Positions 63,440 through 64,000 of a stretch of 64,000 nt of DNA are shown here, in pieces. The stretch is from contig CAXXUX010000001.1 of the NCBI GenBank assembly GCA_963677835.2, positions 1,536,362-1,600,361 on the forward strand, written 5' to 3'. The notes under the pieces are model-generated. The model had not been told where the DNA came from. It did not search any database and worked only from the letters and a program-made list of their open reading frames with translations. Each line of letters begins with the position of its first letter. Positions within the stretch are counted from its first letter, which is position 1. Source of the stretch: an uncultured Saccharofermentans sp. Lineage in GTDB: Bacteria; Bacillota; Clostridia; Saccharofermentanales; UBA5734. Position numbers and translations under genes: made by a program.

Positions 63440-64000
63440 ATGATGTGGATGTCCGACAGTGTGATGGCCTGGCTTTTAAGCGCGGATGATCTGTCAGTCA
63501 GGTATTTTACCTTGACATCGTTGCTTGGCAAGCCTTTTGACGACCAGGAAGTCCGGCTGGCCCAAAAGGACATCATGGAAAAGGGGCTGGTCCCCAAAAT
63601 CCTGGCCAGCCAAAACGAAGACGGATCCTGGGGCATTCCGGAAAAATTCTATCAGCTAAAATATACCGGAACCGTTTGGACCTTGCTGCTTTTGGCCGAG
63701 CTGGCGGCGGACCCGCTTGACATAAGGATTCAAAAAGCCTGCGAGTTCATCCTTTGGCATTCGCAAAATCCGGAGACAGCCGGCTTTTCATACACTTCAA
63801 GCGCCAAAACCGGCACGGGACTTGCCAGCGGAGTCATCCCTTGCCTGACCGGAAATATGGTTTATAGTCTGATCAAGCTTGGCTATTTGCAGGATAGCCG
63901 GCTCCAACAGGCAATTTCGTGGATAAACACCTGCCAGAGGGCGGACGACGGGATCAATAAAGCGCCGGAGGGAGCCATGTACCAACGTTATGAAATGTGC
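63440..64000 (+). CDS. partial CDS (5' end; runs off the window), possible alpha/alpha-toroid prenyltransferase/squalene-oxidase-repeat-like protein
   Basis: My own translation from ATG 63440 gives 187 codons without a stop (MMWMSDSVMAWLLSADDLSVRYFTLTSLLGK...QNEDGSWGIPEKFYQLKYTGTVWTLLLLAELAADP...). It is absent from the ORF track because it has no stop codon. The family call is tentative. Confidence 0.5.
   Translation, partial: MMWMSDSVMAWLLSADDLSVRYFTLTSLLGKPFDDQEVRLAQKDIMEKGLVPKILASQNEDGSWGIPEKFYQLKYTGTVWTLLLLAELAADPLDIRIQKACEFILWHSQNPETAGFSYTSSAKTGTGLASGVIPCLTGNMVYSLIKLGYLQDSRLQQAISWINTCQRADDGINKAPEGAMYQRYEMC

Noticed and set aside
1-64000. Search for mobile elements, CRISPR arrays, prophage, toxin-antitoxin or defence-system genes, and tRNA/rRNA
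   Set aside because: No transposase, integrase or recombinase-like ORF was seen. There are no arrays of spaced direct repeats, and no intergenic gap is long or structured enough for tRNA or rRNA. The only repeats seen are short regulatory-scale ones. The window looks like core or accessory metabolic chromosome.

Overview
This 64-kb window is a densely coding chromosomal segment, about 62 CDS. I saw no rRNA, tRNA, transposase, integrase, CRISPR array or recognisable defence genes. It looks like a Bacillota-type genome: AGGAGG-type ribosome-binding sites (RBS), lipoprotein solute-binding proteins (SBP) with Ser/Thr-rich linkers, a TPP riboswitch with an intrinsic terminator, and roughly 50% GC. 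All family calls come from motifs read in the translated ORFs. No database search was run.

Content in order:
1. A phosphodiester-glycosidase and membrane-protein pair.
2. A frlB/frlD-like fructosamine module with an ABC importer and an MFS transporter (1.9-9.4 kb).
3. A four-component HcnABC/archaeal-type proline dehydrogenase cluster plus P5C dehydrogenase (9.4-14.4 kb).
4. An AraC regulator and ansA.
5. A TPP-riboswitch-controlled thiD-thiC-thiM-thiE operon.
6. sdaAB/sdaAA.
7. A LacI-controlled maltodextrin operon ending in malQ.
8. An 11-kb hydantoin-type operon at 29.8-41 kb, containing an aminotransferase, carbamoylase, racemase, ribose-type ABC importer, D-hydantoinase, Eda-like aldolase and GDH.
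9. A 22-kb island at 41-63 kb of paralogous fructosamine-type genes: FrlC-, FrlD- and FrlB-like proteins, a NagB-fold protein, PfkB and FGGY kinases, a DapA-family aldolase, BtpA/SgcQ, two amidohydrolases, YjbQ, two NhaC transporters and four HutC-type regulators.

The best candidates for undescribed biology are:
- The seven-gene operon at 41.3-48.4 kb, which has no deglycase. One of its two kinase paralogs is broken by a 1-nt frameshift.
- The fra-like operon at 55.3-62.4 kb, with two amidohydrolases.
- The hydantoinase operon, which is fed by a sugar-type ABC transporter.
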